Assembly (NCBI GenBank): GCA_963762015.1
Contig: CAVXJL010000002.1
Coordinates: forward strand, 469,171-533,170
Origin: an uncultured Actinomycetota bacterium
GTDB taxonomy: Bacteria; Actinomycetota; UBA4738; HRBIN12
DNA: 64,000 nucleotides
Reading direction: 5' to 3'
Part shown: positions 16,269 through 24,616 of the stretch, in pieces
How the letters are laid out: every line of letters begins with the position of its first letter
Position numbering within the stretch: the stretch's first letter is position 1
Made by a program: the position numbers and the translations under genes
Notes under the pieces: generated by a model
Databases searched by the model: none
The model's input: only the letters and a program-made list of their open reading frames with translations
Told to the model about the DNA's origin: nothing

Positions 16269-18398
16269 ATGCCCTTCCCCAAGAGGTTGCCGAGCTCCGT
16301 TCGGCCGACTGGCGATCCTGTGGAACCAACGGCTACCATCGGCGCTCCGATGCTGGATCCCTTCCCTCGCACCGAGCGATTCCTCAACCGCGAGCTCTCC
16401 TGGTTGGAGTTCAACGCGCGCGTCCTCGCGCCGGCCGAGGACCCATCCAACCGGCTCCTCGAGCGCGTGAAGTTCCTCGCGATCTTCGGCTCCAATCTGG
16501 ACGAGTTCTTCCAAGTGCGTGTCGCCGGCCTCCAGGAGCAGCGGGAAGCCGGCGTCGGACCCGCTTCTCCCGAGGGATCGACACCCGAGGAGCAGCTCGC
16601 CGGCATCACGGGACGCGTCGCGGAGCTCTACCGTCGAACGGACGCGCTTTGGGTCGAAGACCTCAGGCCGGGCCTCGAGAAGGAGGGTGTGAGGCTCGTC
16701 GGTTGGGCCGAGCTCGACGCCCGCGATCGCGAGCACCTCGGCGAGCTCTTCCGCGAGCGCGTCTTCCCGGTCCTCACTCCGCTCTCCGTCGATCCGGCGC
16801 ACCCGTTCCCGTACATCTCATCCCTCTCTCTGAACCTCGCGGCGCTCGTTCGCGACCCATCCAGCGGCGAACGGCGCTTCGCGCGCGTGAAGGTGCCGCC
16901 GTTGCTTCCGCGATTCATCGAGATGCCGGACGGCGAGCGGTTCGTCCCGATCGAGCAGGTCATCGCGGCGCACCTGGAGGTCCTGTTCCCGGGGATGGAG
17001 ATCGTCGGGTACTCGGTCTTCCGCCTCACCCGAGACGCGGACTTCGAGCTAGAGGAGGAGGAGGGCGGTGATCTCCTCGAGGCGATCGAGTCCGTCCTTC
17101 GACGCCGGCTCCGAGGCGCGACCCCGGTTCGGCTGGAGCTCGACGCCGCCTCCACCGAGGAGGTCAGGACGCTCCTGACGCGCGAGCTCGCGCTCCTGCC
17201 CGACGAGGTGTTCGTCGTGGAGGGGCTCCTCGACCCGTCGGCGCTGTGGTCCCTCTACGAGCTCGACCGGCCTGAGCTCAAGGACGACCCCTGGACCCCC
17301 GTGACCCAGCCCCGTCTCGAGGGTGTCGAGGACTTCTTCGAGGTCATCTCGAAGGGCGATCTCCTTGTCCATCACCCCTACGACTCGTTCGAGACCTCCG
17401 TCGAGGCCTTCATCGAACAGGCGGCGCAGGATCCGTCCGTCCTCGCGATCAAGCTCGCGCTGTACCGCACGTCCGAGGAGAGCCCGATCGTCCGCGCCCT
17501 CGTACGCGCCGCCGAGGCCGGGAAGCAGGTCGTCGCGCTCGTCGAGCTCCAGGCGCGCTTCGACGAGCGTGCCAACATCACGCAGGCTCGCACGCTGGAG
17601 CAGGCGGGCGTCCACGTCGTGTACGGCATCGTGGGACTGAAGACGCACGCCAAGGTGTGTTTGATCGTTCGGCGCGAGGTGTCCGGCATCCGTCGCTACG
17701 CACACGTCGGTACCGGCAACTACAACCCGAGCACCGCCCGCTTGTACGAAGACGTCGGCCTGCTGACCGCCGATCCCGAGCTCGGTGCAGACCTCAGCGA
17801 TCTCTTCAACCTGCTCACCGGCTACAGCCGTCAGCAGACCTATCGTCGCCTGCTGGTCGCGCCGACCGACCTCAAACAGAGGTTGATCGAGCTGATCCGC
17901 GCGGAGGCGGCGGCGGGAGACGGGTCCATCGTCTTGAAGATGAACAGCCTGGTGGATGCGGAGACGATCGACGCGCTCTACGAGGCTTCGCGCGCGGGAG
18001 TCGGGATCGACCTGATCGTCCGAGGGATCTGTTGCCTCCGACCGGGCGTACCCGATCTGTCCGACACCATCCGAGTGAGATCGATCGTCGGCCGGTTCCT
18101 CGAGCATTCGCGGATCTTCCGATTCGGCAGCCGTGACCGCGGCTACCAGCACTTCATCGGTTCGGCGGATCTCATGCCACGGAACCTCGAGCGACGCGTC
18201 GAGGTAACGGTTCCGGTGTTCGATCCGGCCTTGTGTGAGCGCCTCGACCAGATCCTCCGGGCGGGGTTGGAGGATGACGTCCTCGCGTGGGACCTGGGGT
18301 CCGACGGTGTGTGGAAGAAGGTGGAGACGGAGCGTGGGGTGAGCGCTCAAGAACGGCTCATGCAGCTCGCCGTCGAGCGCGGGGAAAGCCATCGATGA
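16269..18398 (+). CDS. ppk1: Polyphosphate kinase 1
   Basis: 709 aa. RFLNRELSWLEFNARVL is the PPK N-domain. This is followed by FPYISSLSLNLA and two PLD-like C-domains (KTHAKVCLIVRRE..., RFLEHSRIFRFG). Confidence 0.93.
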   Translation: MPFPKRLPSSVRPTGDPVEPTATIGAPMLDPFPRTERFLNRELSWLEFNARVLAPAEDPSNRLLERVKFLAIFGSNLDEFFQVRVAGLQEQREAGVGPASPEGSTPEEQLAGITGRVAELYRRTDALWVEDLRPGLEKEGVRLVGWAELDARDREHLGELFRERVFPVLTPLSVDPAHPFPYISSLSLNLAALVRDPSSGERRFARVKVPPLLPRFIEMPDGERFVPIEQVIAAHLEVLFPGMEIVGYSVFRLTRDADFELEEEEGGDLLEAIESVLRRRLRGATPVRLELDAASTEEVRTLLTRELALLPDEVFVVEGLLDPSALWSLYELDRPELKDDPWTPVTQPRLEGVEDFFEVISKGDLLVHHPYDSFETSVEAFIEQAAQDPSVLAIKLALYRTSEESPIVRALVRAAEAGKQVVALVELQARFDERANITQARTLEQAGVHVVYGIVGLKTHAKVCLIVRREVSGIRRYAHVGTGNYNPSTARLYEDVGLLTADPELGADLSDLFNLLTGYSRQQTYRRLLVAPTDLKQRLIELIRAEAAAGDGSIVLKMNSLVDAETIDALYEASRAGVGIDLIVRGICCLRPGVPDLSDTIRVRSIVGRFLEHSRIFRFGSRDRGYQHFIGSADLMPRNLERRVEVTVPVFDPALCERLDQILRAGLEDDVLAWDLGSDGVWKKVETERGVSAQERLMQLAVERGESHR

Positions 18399-19336
18399 CC
18401 GACCGAGATGACATGACGCTGGCTCTCGCGGAACAGGTGCAGCTCGAGCTGGACCACCTGACACGGCTTGCCGGCGAGGCGACCGCCCTCGACGTCATCC
18501 GGTCCGCGATCGCCGGCTCGACGATCAAGCTCATGTCGAACGATCCGGTGGTGCGGCTCGGTGAGGATCCCGAAGGTGTGCATAGGGCGCGGGTCGCCGC
18601 CCGGCGGCTGCGGTCGGACCTCCGGACGTTCCGACCGCTCCTCGACCGAGACTGGGCCGGGGCTTTGCGAGCCGAGCTCGAGTGGCTGGGTCGACTTCTC
18701 GGGCCGGTTCGCGACCCGGAGGTGCTCGGAGCCAGGCTCCGGCGGCAGGTCGAGGAGATGGTGGGCCTCGAGCTGGCATCTGCGAAGGTCCTGATCGACG
18801 GTCTCGAGAGCGGTCGTCTCGCGAGCCGGCGCCGGCTTCTCGAGGGCCTTCGTTCGCGGAGGTACGAGGAGCTCGTCGTGCGGCTCGTGCGCGCCGCCCG
18901 TGAGCCGGCAGCCAGAAGCGAGCGGGCGGAACGCCCCGCCGTCACCACGGGATCGCTCATGAAGCGTCCGTGGGTGAAGTTGTCCGGGAGTGCCAAGGCA
19001 CTCGGCCCCGGCTCGAGCGACTCTGCGCTACACGCCACGCGGATCGATACGAAGCGGGTTCGCTACGGGGCTGAGGCGCTCGTCCCTGTGTTCGGGAAGC
19101 GTGCGGCTCGCTTCGCCTCTGCGGCAGAAGCCCTTCAAGAGGTCCTCGGCGAGCATCAGGACGCCGTCGTCGCGATGGCATGGCTCGCGGACCGGGGGAT
19201 GGAGGCCGACGATCAGGCGGTGGCGTTCACCGCCGGACGTCTCGCCGAGCTCGAAACCGCCTCGCGCGATCGGGCGAGAGAGGCATGGCGGAAGACGTGG
19301 AGTCGTCTCGAGCGAAGGAAGCGCTTCTGGACGTGA
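18395..19336 (+). CDS. CHAD domain-containing protein
   Basis: The ATG at 18395 overlaps the ppk1 stop (ATGA). The protein is all-helical with CHAD-type basic motifs VHRARVAARRLRSDLRTFRPLL and LHATRIDTKRVRYGAEAL...LGEHQDAVV. Confidence 0.8.
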   Translation: MTDRDDMTLALAEQVQLELDHLTRLAGEATALDVIRSAIAGSTIKLMSNDPVVRLGEDPEGVHRARVAARRLRSDLRTFRPLLDRDWAGALRAELEWLGRLLGPVRDPEVLGARLRRQVEEMVGLELASAKVLIDGLESGRLASRRRLLEGLRSRRYEELVVRLVRAAREPAARSERAERPAVTTGSLMKRPWVKLSGSAKALGPGSSDSALHATRIDTKRVRYGAEALVPVFGKRAARFASAAEALQEVLGEHQDAVVAMAWLADRGMEADDQAVAFTAGRLAELETASRDRAREAWRKTWSRLERRKRFWT

Positions 19337-20250
19337 CGAGCGAGGTTCGCGCGGCGGGCGGGGTCGTCCGTCGGCGTGTCGACGGACAGGTGCACACCGT
19401 GCTCGTACATCGGCCGCGCTACGACGACTGGTCGTTGCCGAAGGGCAAGCTTCTCGACGGCGAGACCTTCGAAGAGGCCGCGACACGCGAAGTCCGGGAG
19501 GAAACCGGCCTCGAATGCCGGATCGACGGCGAGCTGCCGCCGTCCCGCTACCTGGACCAGCACGGCATGCCGAAGGTCGTCCGCTATTGGTTCATGGAAG
19601 CGCTCGACGGACACGATCTCCACCCCACGGACGAGGTGGATGACGCGAGGTGGTTCACGATCTCAGAGGCGCGAGACGTCCTCACCTACGACCGAGATCG
19701 AGCCGTGCTCGATGCGGCGACCACCGCCGATGCTCCCGTCTCTCTCGTCCGTCACGCGAAGGCGGGTGATCGGCGAACCTGGTCGGGAGACGATCTGTCG
19801 AGACCGCTCTCCAAGACCGGGCGCCGCCAGGCCAAGGCGCTCGTGCACGTGCTGTCGACCAGGGTGATCGAGCGGATCTTGAGCAGTCCGGCGGTCCGAT
19901 GCGTGGAGACGGTGAAACCACTCTCAGAACAACGGGTGCTCCCGATCGAGCCACGCGACGAGCTCCTGGAAGGCGCACCGCTCTCCAGCATGCTCGAGTT
20001 GCTCGACGAGCTTCGGTCGATGCCGTCGGTGCTGTGTGGACATGGAGATCTGATCCCGGAAGTCATCGAATATCTCGAGGCACGGGGGGCGGTCGTCGGA
20101 CCGGCACGTGGCTGGAAGAAGGGCTCCGTCTGGGCGCTGGAACGCGATGCCGGCGTGATCGTACGCGCGACCTACATCCCTCCACCCGAGGTCGACACGA
20201 AGAAACCTCCTCGGCGTCGGCAGCTATCTGGCGATCGCCGCGACTCCTGA
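19333..20250 (+). CDS. Nudix hydrolase fused to a SixA-like histidine phosphatase domain (MutT1-like)
   Basis: Nudix box GKLLDGETFEEAATREVREETGL, then VSLVRHAKAG (RHA motif)...LSKTGRRQA...CGHGD. The GTG at 19333 overlaps the CHAD stop (GTGA). An alternative start is the ATG at 19285. Confidence 0.8.
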   Translation: MTSEVRAAGGVVRRRVDGQVHTVLVHRPRYDDWSLPKGKLLDGETFEEAATREVREETGLECRIDGELPPSRYLDQHGMPKVVRYWFMEALDGHDLHPTDEVDDARWFTISEARDVLTYDRDRAVLDAATTADAPVSLVRHAKAGDRRTWSGDDLSRPLSKTGRRQAKALVHVLSTRVIERILSSPAVRCVETVKPLSEQRVLPIEPRDELLEGAPLSSMLELLDELRSMPSVLCGHGDLIPEVIEYLEARGAVVGPARGWKKGSVWALERDAGVIVRATYIPPPEVDTKKPPRRRQLSGDRRDS

Positions 20251-20331
20251 GGCCTTCGAACTCCCGGGCCATTGCGACAGGGGTCACGCACGTGATATCC
20301 ACCATCGGCCGAACACGAAAGGGTCACAAGG

Positions 20332-20958
20332 ATGCCGAAGCTCCGGTTCAGGCTCGTCCCCCGGGACGAGAGCTTCTACGAGATGTTCGTCAACCTGGCG
20401 GTGAAGATCGAGGAGGGGGCCGCCGCGTACCAGGACCTCGTCGTGGACTATCAGGACGTGACGCGCAAGGCCGATCGATTGAAGGACCTCGAACACGAGG
20501 GCGACGAGGTCACCCACGAGATCATGAAGCGGCTGAACACCGTCTTCGTGACCCCCTTGGACCATGAGGACATCCATCGGCTCGCCTCAGGCCTGGACGA
20601 CGTGCTGGACCACATCGAGGCGGCCGCGGATCTGTTCGTGCTCCACAAGATCGAGCGCCCGCTGCCCGAGATGAAGGCGCAGGCCGACATCCTGGTGCAG
20701 ACCTGCAGGGTCACCCGGGAGGCACTCGAGACGCTCCCGAAGTTCAAGGAGCTAGAACGGTATTGGGTCGAGGTCAATCGACTCGAGAACGAAGGGGACC
20801 GGGTCTATCGGCGGGCCATCGCAGGGCTCTTCGGCGGTGAGTACAAGGCGATGGACGTCCTGAAGTGGCGGGACGTCATCGACGAGACGGAAGGAGCCAT
20901 CGACCAACTCGAGGACGTTTCCAACATGCTCGAGGCGATCGCCTTGAAGAACGCCTGA
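20332..20958 (+). CDS. DUF47 family (PhoU-like) Pit accessory protein
   Basis: 208 aa. FYEMFVNLAVKIEEGA...HEGDEVTHEIMKRLNTVFVTPLDHEDIHRLASGLDDVLDHIE is typical of DUF47/YkaA. It is directly coupled to the PiT gene (TGATG). Confidence 0.85.
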   Translation: MPKLRFRLVPRDESFYEMFVNLAVKIEEGAAAYQDLVVDYQDVTRKADRLKDLEHEGDEVTHEIMKRLNTVFVTPLDHEDIHRLASGLDDVLDHIEAAADLFVLHKIERPLPEMKAQADILVQTCRVTREALETLPKFKELERYWVEVNRLENEGDRVYRRAIAGLFGGEYKAMDVLKWRDVIDETEGAIDQLEDVSNMLEAIALKNA

Positions 20959-21950
20959 TGGTCTGGTTCGTCCTTTTCCTTGCATATCTGTTCGAGTTCG
21001 CCAACGGGTGGACCGACGCCCCGAATTCGATCGCCACCGTCGTGTCCACGCGCGTGATGCGACCTGTTCACGCGGTGCTGATGGCCGGCGTATTGAACGT
21101 CGTGGGCGCGCTCGTCGTCGGCACCGCGGTCGCCAAGACGATCGCCGAAGGCATCGTGGATCCCAACTTCGTCGGTCTCGAGACCGTCGCGGCGGCGGTG
21201 CTCGCAGCCACGCTCTGGGCACTCACAGCCCAGTTCTACGGTCTCCCCTCCAGCGAGTCCCACGCCCTCGTCGCCGGCCTGCTCGGCGCCGGATTCGCGG
21301 CCGGGGGGCTCGAGGCGCTCGAGAGCGAGGGAACGAATGCATCCCTGATCGGACTTGTCTCTTCGCCTCTGGGCGGATTCCTGCTGGGTTTCATGCTGAT
21401 GGTGCTGATCTACCGGGTGTTCGCGCGAGTGCGCATCGCCACTGTCCGGAAGGTCTTCGGCAAGGGGCAGATCCTTTCCGCGGCGTTCATGGCCTTCAGT
21501 CACGGGACGAACGACGCCCAGAAGACGATGGGGATCATCGCGCTCACCATCGCCCTCAACGAAGCAGGGACGGCTGGGAACGTCGGTGAGCTGACGATCG
21601 CCCCCTGGATCGTCCTCTCCGCGGGGCTCGTGATGGGCCTCGGGACCATGATCGGCGGCTGGCGGGTCGTGCGCACGCTCGGCATGCGGATGACCCACCT
21701 GGAGCCGGTACAGGGGTTCGCCGCGGAGACCGGCGCCGCCACCGTGATCACGGTGGCGGCGCGCCTGGGTATCCCGGTATCGACGACGCACGCGATCGGC
21801 TCGGCAATCATGGGCGTCGGGGCAACGAAGCGATTCTCTGCCGTCCGTTGGGGGGTGGCCGGACAGGTCGTGGCCGCGTGGATCTTGACCTGGCCGTCGT
21901 GCGCCCTGCTGGGCTACGGGCTGCAGAAGGTCTTCTCGCTGATCGGCTAA
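20958..21950 (+). CDS. pit: Inorganic phosphate transporter, PiT family
   Basis: MVWFVLFLAYLFEFANGWTDAPNSIATVVSTR and the second signature FSHGTNDAQKTMGII are the duplicated PHO4/PiT motifs. The protein is multi-TM. Confidence 0.9.
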   Translation: MVWFVLFLAYLFEFANGWTDAPNSIATVVSTRVMRPVHAVLMAGVLNVVGALVVGTAVAKTIAEGIVDPNFVGLETVAAAVLAATLWALTAQFYGLPSSESHALVAGLLGAGFAAGGLEALESEGTNASLIGLVSSPLGGFLLGFMLMVLIYRVFARVRIATVRKVFGKGQILSAAFMAFSHGTNDAQKTMGIIALTIALNEAGTAGNVGELTIAPWIVLSAGLVMGLGTMIGGWRVVRTLGMRMTHLEPVQGFAAETGAATVITVAARLGIPVSTTHAIGSAIMGVGATKRFSAVRWGVAGQVVAAWILTWPSCALLGYGLQKVFSLIG

Positions 21951-21954
21951 CGCA

Positions 21955-22395
21955 TCACGATGCGTGGGCATCGCCCTGCGAGGACGGTGTCGCTCCCCCT
22001 TTCGTGAGCGAATGGATCTCCCTCGTGAGCTCCAGGATCTGTCGAGAGTTGGTGATGAGCTCCTCGTTCTGTCGCTCTTCGGCCTGGACCATCTGCCATT
22101 GATGTTCCGCGAGCTCGGCGCGCTTCTCGTCGGCGCGGTTCTGGCTGATCATCACGAACGTCGAGAGGAAGATCGCCTCCAAGGACACCAGCATCGTCAG
22201 GAAGCCGAAGGGGAACTTCTCGACGCGAAGGACGATCCAGAGCGTGAACCAGACGATGTGGAGATAGACGAACGGCATCGAGCCGGCGAAGCCGGTGATG
22301 GCATCTGCGATCCGGTCCTGCCGATTGCGAGACCGCTCCTCTTGGTGCCGGCGCAGGACCGGATGTGTCCAGGTGGTGCTGCGTCGCCGCCGCAT
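21955..22395 (-). CDS. DUF1003 domain-containing membrane protein
   Basis: The internal ATG at 22395 gives MRRRRSTTW...DRIADAITGFAGSMPFVYLHIVWFTLWIVL...LTMLVSLEAIFLSTFVMISQNR, the DUF1003 core. Confidence 0.7.
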   Translation of the reverse strand: MRRRRSTTWTHPVLRRHQEERSRNRQDRIADAITGFAGSMPFVYLHIVWFTLWIVLRVEKFPFGFLTMLVSLEAIFLSTFVMISQNRADEKRAELAEHQWQMVQAEERQNEELITNSRQILELTREIHSLTKGGATPSSQGDAHAS

Positions 22396-22495
22396 CGGCT
22401 TCCCTTCCCTCGGATCGTTCTGGGGAAGGCTAGCCTGAACACAGCGGCCGGGTCCTTCCCTCGGTACCCGCGAGCGGCTCCGGTACGCTCCCACG

Positions 22496-23470
22496 ATGGA
22501 GGCCTACGCGTTCCGAGATGGGGCCCTTCGGGCCGATGCCGTCCCGCTGGATGAGCTCCGGGCGGCGGTGTCCGATCTCGGAGAAGGCGAGTGGATCTGG
22601 GTCGATGCCGTCGACCCGAGCACGGACGATCTCACGACGCTCCAGAAGCAGCTGGACCTCCACGACCTCGCCGTGGAAGACGTACAGCAACGGGACCAGC
22701 GGCCCAAGCTCGACCTGTACCCGGCGCATGCGTTCGCGGTCTTCCGGCCGCTCTCCTACGGGCCCGACGGCCTCACGGGATCCGAGCTGTTCCTCTTCGT
22801 GTCGCGTCGGTTCCTCGTGACCCTGCGCTTCCCGCCCGTCTTCGAGATGGAGAAGGCGAAGCATCGGTGGCCGATCCTGGCTGCCCTGGCGCCCGGGCCG
22901 TGCTCCGCCCTGTACGCCGTCGCCGACGAGATCGTGGACGACTACCTCGAGGTCGTGGAGGAGTTGGAAGAGCGGGCGGACGAGCTGGAGGGCGAGGTCT
23001 TCCGGTCAGAGTTCGTCCAGGCCGAGGGAGCGGCGTTACAGCTCGAGATCCTCCGTCTCCGCCGGGACGCGGTCCGGCTCAAGCGACACGCGATCCCGAC
23101 CCGTCAGGTCATCGACCGTCTCGCGGACGACTCCGATCTCGTGACCGGGGCCCTCGTGCCGTACCTCCGGGACATCACGGACCATCTCCTCAGGACGATC
23201 GAGCTCGCCGACGGTGTGCGCGAGATCCTCACGACGATCGTGGACATCCGGATGGCGCAGTCCGCCAACCAGTTGAACGAGGTCATGAAGAAGCTCACGG
23301 CGTGGGCAGGCATCATCCTCGTGCCGACCCTGATCGCAGGGATCTACGGCATGAACTTCGACCACATGCCGGAGCTGCACTGGACCCTCGGTTACCCCTT
23401 GGCGCTCGGGATGATGGTGGCCTCCGCCGTCGCGCTCTACGTCGGGTTCCGGAAGCGCGGGTGGCTCTAG
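22496..23470 (+). CDS. corA: Magnesium/cobalt transporter CorA
   Basis: 324 aa with a cytoplasmic domain plus two C-terminal TMs. The signature YGMNF is present (LIAGIYGMNFDHMPEL). Confidence 0.9.
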   Translation: MEAYAFRDGALRADAVPLDELRAAVSDLGEGEWIWVDAVDPSTDDLTTLQKQLDLHDLAVEDVQQRDQRPKLDLYPAHAFAVFRPLSYGPDGLTGSELFLFVSRRFLVTLRFPPVFEMEKAKHRWPILAALAPGPCSALYAVADEIVDDYLEVVEELEERADELEGEVFRSEFVQAEGAALQLEILRLRRDAVRLKRHAIPTRQVIDRLADDSDLVTGALVPYLRDITDHLLRTIELADGVREILTTIVDIRMAQSANQLNEVMKKLTAWAGIILVPTLIAGIYGMNFDHMPELHWTLGYPLALGMMVASAVALYVGFRKRGWL

Positions 23471-23472
23471 CG

Positions 23473-23841
23473 GTGTGCCGGGCCGTCAAGGTGCTCTGTG
23501 TGGCCACCGACGACAAGGGTCTCGGTGCGCTCCGTCGCGCTACGACTGCGGCCGAGTGGGAGCTTACGTCGGGTGCGACCAACGCGACCGACGCGCTCGG
23601 AGTGATCGACGCCGAGCGACCGCACGCGATGGTGGTGTTCGGGAGCTACGAGACGTTGGTCTCGCTCGTCAGGGAGCGGTTCCCAGCGATGCGGATCGTG
23701 ACCGATCGGGACGCGCCCGGGACGAGCGCGGTGGCCTCCTCGCGTGATGAAGTGCGGGAGATCCTCCGCTCGCTCGCTCGTCCGGGCGGTCCGATCGTGG
23801 ACGCCTCCGGCGTTCAGCCCCCCCAGGGAGACCAGCCGTAA
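23473..23841 (+). CDS. Hypothetical small protein, receiver-like (pseudo-receiver?)
   Basis: A GTG lies 2 nt after the corA stop. KVLCVATDDKGLGALRRATTAAEWELTSGATNATDALGVIDAERPHAMVVFG has CheY-like beta-alpha periodicity, but I see no obvious phospho-acceptor Asp. This portion of the long alternate-frame track ORF 22591..23841 looks protein-like. The 3' end overlaps the convergent transglycosylase gene by 28 nt. Confidence 0.4.
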   Translation: MCRAVKVLCVATDDKGLGALRRATTAAEWELTSGATNATDALGVIDAERPHAMVVFGSYETLVSLVRERFPAMRIVTDRDAPGTSAVASSRDEVREILRSLARPGGPIVDASGVQPPQGDQP

Positions 23842-24263
23842 CGCCTCACCATCCGCATCGTCACGAAGATGTTGGCCCGAGCGTTGAACGCGGACCAGTT
23901 CTCGAAGCCGAAGTCCTCCGCACGATCCGGCCAATATCTCAGGAGGTGCTGATAGATCCCAGCGGCGTTCCCGTAGGAGTTATAGGCGCTCGGCCGATAC
24001 CGGGACTCGCGCCAGGCGATGTAGAGGGCCTTGCGTGTTCTCACGCCGTGATACGAAGCGGCGCAGCGAATGAGCTGTTTGACGTGCCATGTGCTCTGAC
24101 GCCAGTCGATGGGGCAGATCCTCGACGAGACGGCGCGTATGTCGTCTCGCGGGACCAACGCCTGCGACGTGGCGGCGGGGAAGCTCATGATGACGGCGGT
24201 CAGGATCGATGCCGCGACGAGGGCGCGGCCTTTCCGGATCATCGTGGTCATGGGCTGGATCAC
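23814..24263 (-). CDS. Secreted lytic transglycosylase (SLT/GH23-like)
   Basis: 149 aa with a signal-like N-terminus (RALVAASILTAVIMSFPAATSQA). The catalytic motif is WRESRYRPSAYNSYGNAAGIYQ, i.e. E-S...GxxQ. By eye the gene is less GC-rich than its neighbours. Confidence 0.7.
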   Translation of the reverse strand: MIQPMTTMIRKGRALVAASILTAVIMSFPAATSQALVPRDDIRAVSSRICPIDWRQSTWHVKQLIRCAASYHGVRTRKALYIAWRESRYRPSAYNSYGNAAGIYQHLLRYWPDRAEDFGFENWSAFNARANIFVTMRMVRRYGWSPWGG

Positions 24264-24616
24264 CCTCGCGGCGGACGCGGCTGGTGGCCTCGTCTGGACC
24301 GAGCCTGCGGATCACTCCGCCGGGCCCCAGTCCACCGCGCTAGGTCGTGGGTGTACGCATCACCTCCTGGTCTCGTCTTCTCTGTGCGACCTTCGTCGAC
24401 CTCGATCCGTGCTCCCCTTCTCCCACGCATGAACGCACGCCGAACCACACCCTGGGAAGGTGGGAAGCGCGCGTCGTGCGCAGGAGGACCGGGCCACTCG
24501 GTCCGAAGCCGACGGAACCACCCTAGCCCGACCTACCGACATCCGGCAACCTGGGGGCCTCCGGTCCGGGAGAGCCGGGGCCCCGGCTTCAAGGCACCCA
24601 TAGGTACGATGGGGCC

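Noticed and set aside
20282-20332. GGTCAC cores upstream of the DUF47-PiT operon (20282, 20322), considered as a second PHO box.
   Set aside because: The two good cores are 40 nt apart rather than in adjacent 11-nt units. The unit preceding the second core (GAACACGAAAG) is a poor match. This is weaker than the pstS site and could arise by chance.
24330-24362. A possible leader peptide in the transglycosylase leader (minus strand): AGGAGGTGATGCGTACACCCACGACCTAG, giving MRTPTT*.
   Set aside because: The Shine-Dalgarno-like AGGAGG is only 2 nt from the ATG, which is too close for normal initiation. The peptide has no regulatory-codon bias, so the match is probably fortuitous.
24560-24590. The perfect palindrome AGCCGGGGCCCCGGCT upstream of ispH, considered as a terminator or operator.
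   Set aside because: It is short and extremely GC-rich, with no U/T tract on either strand and no second copy in the window. I could not distinguish it from chance in this base composition.
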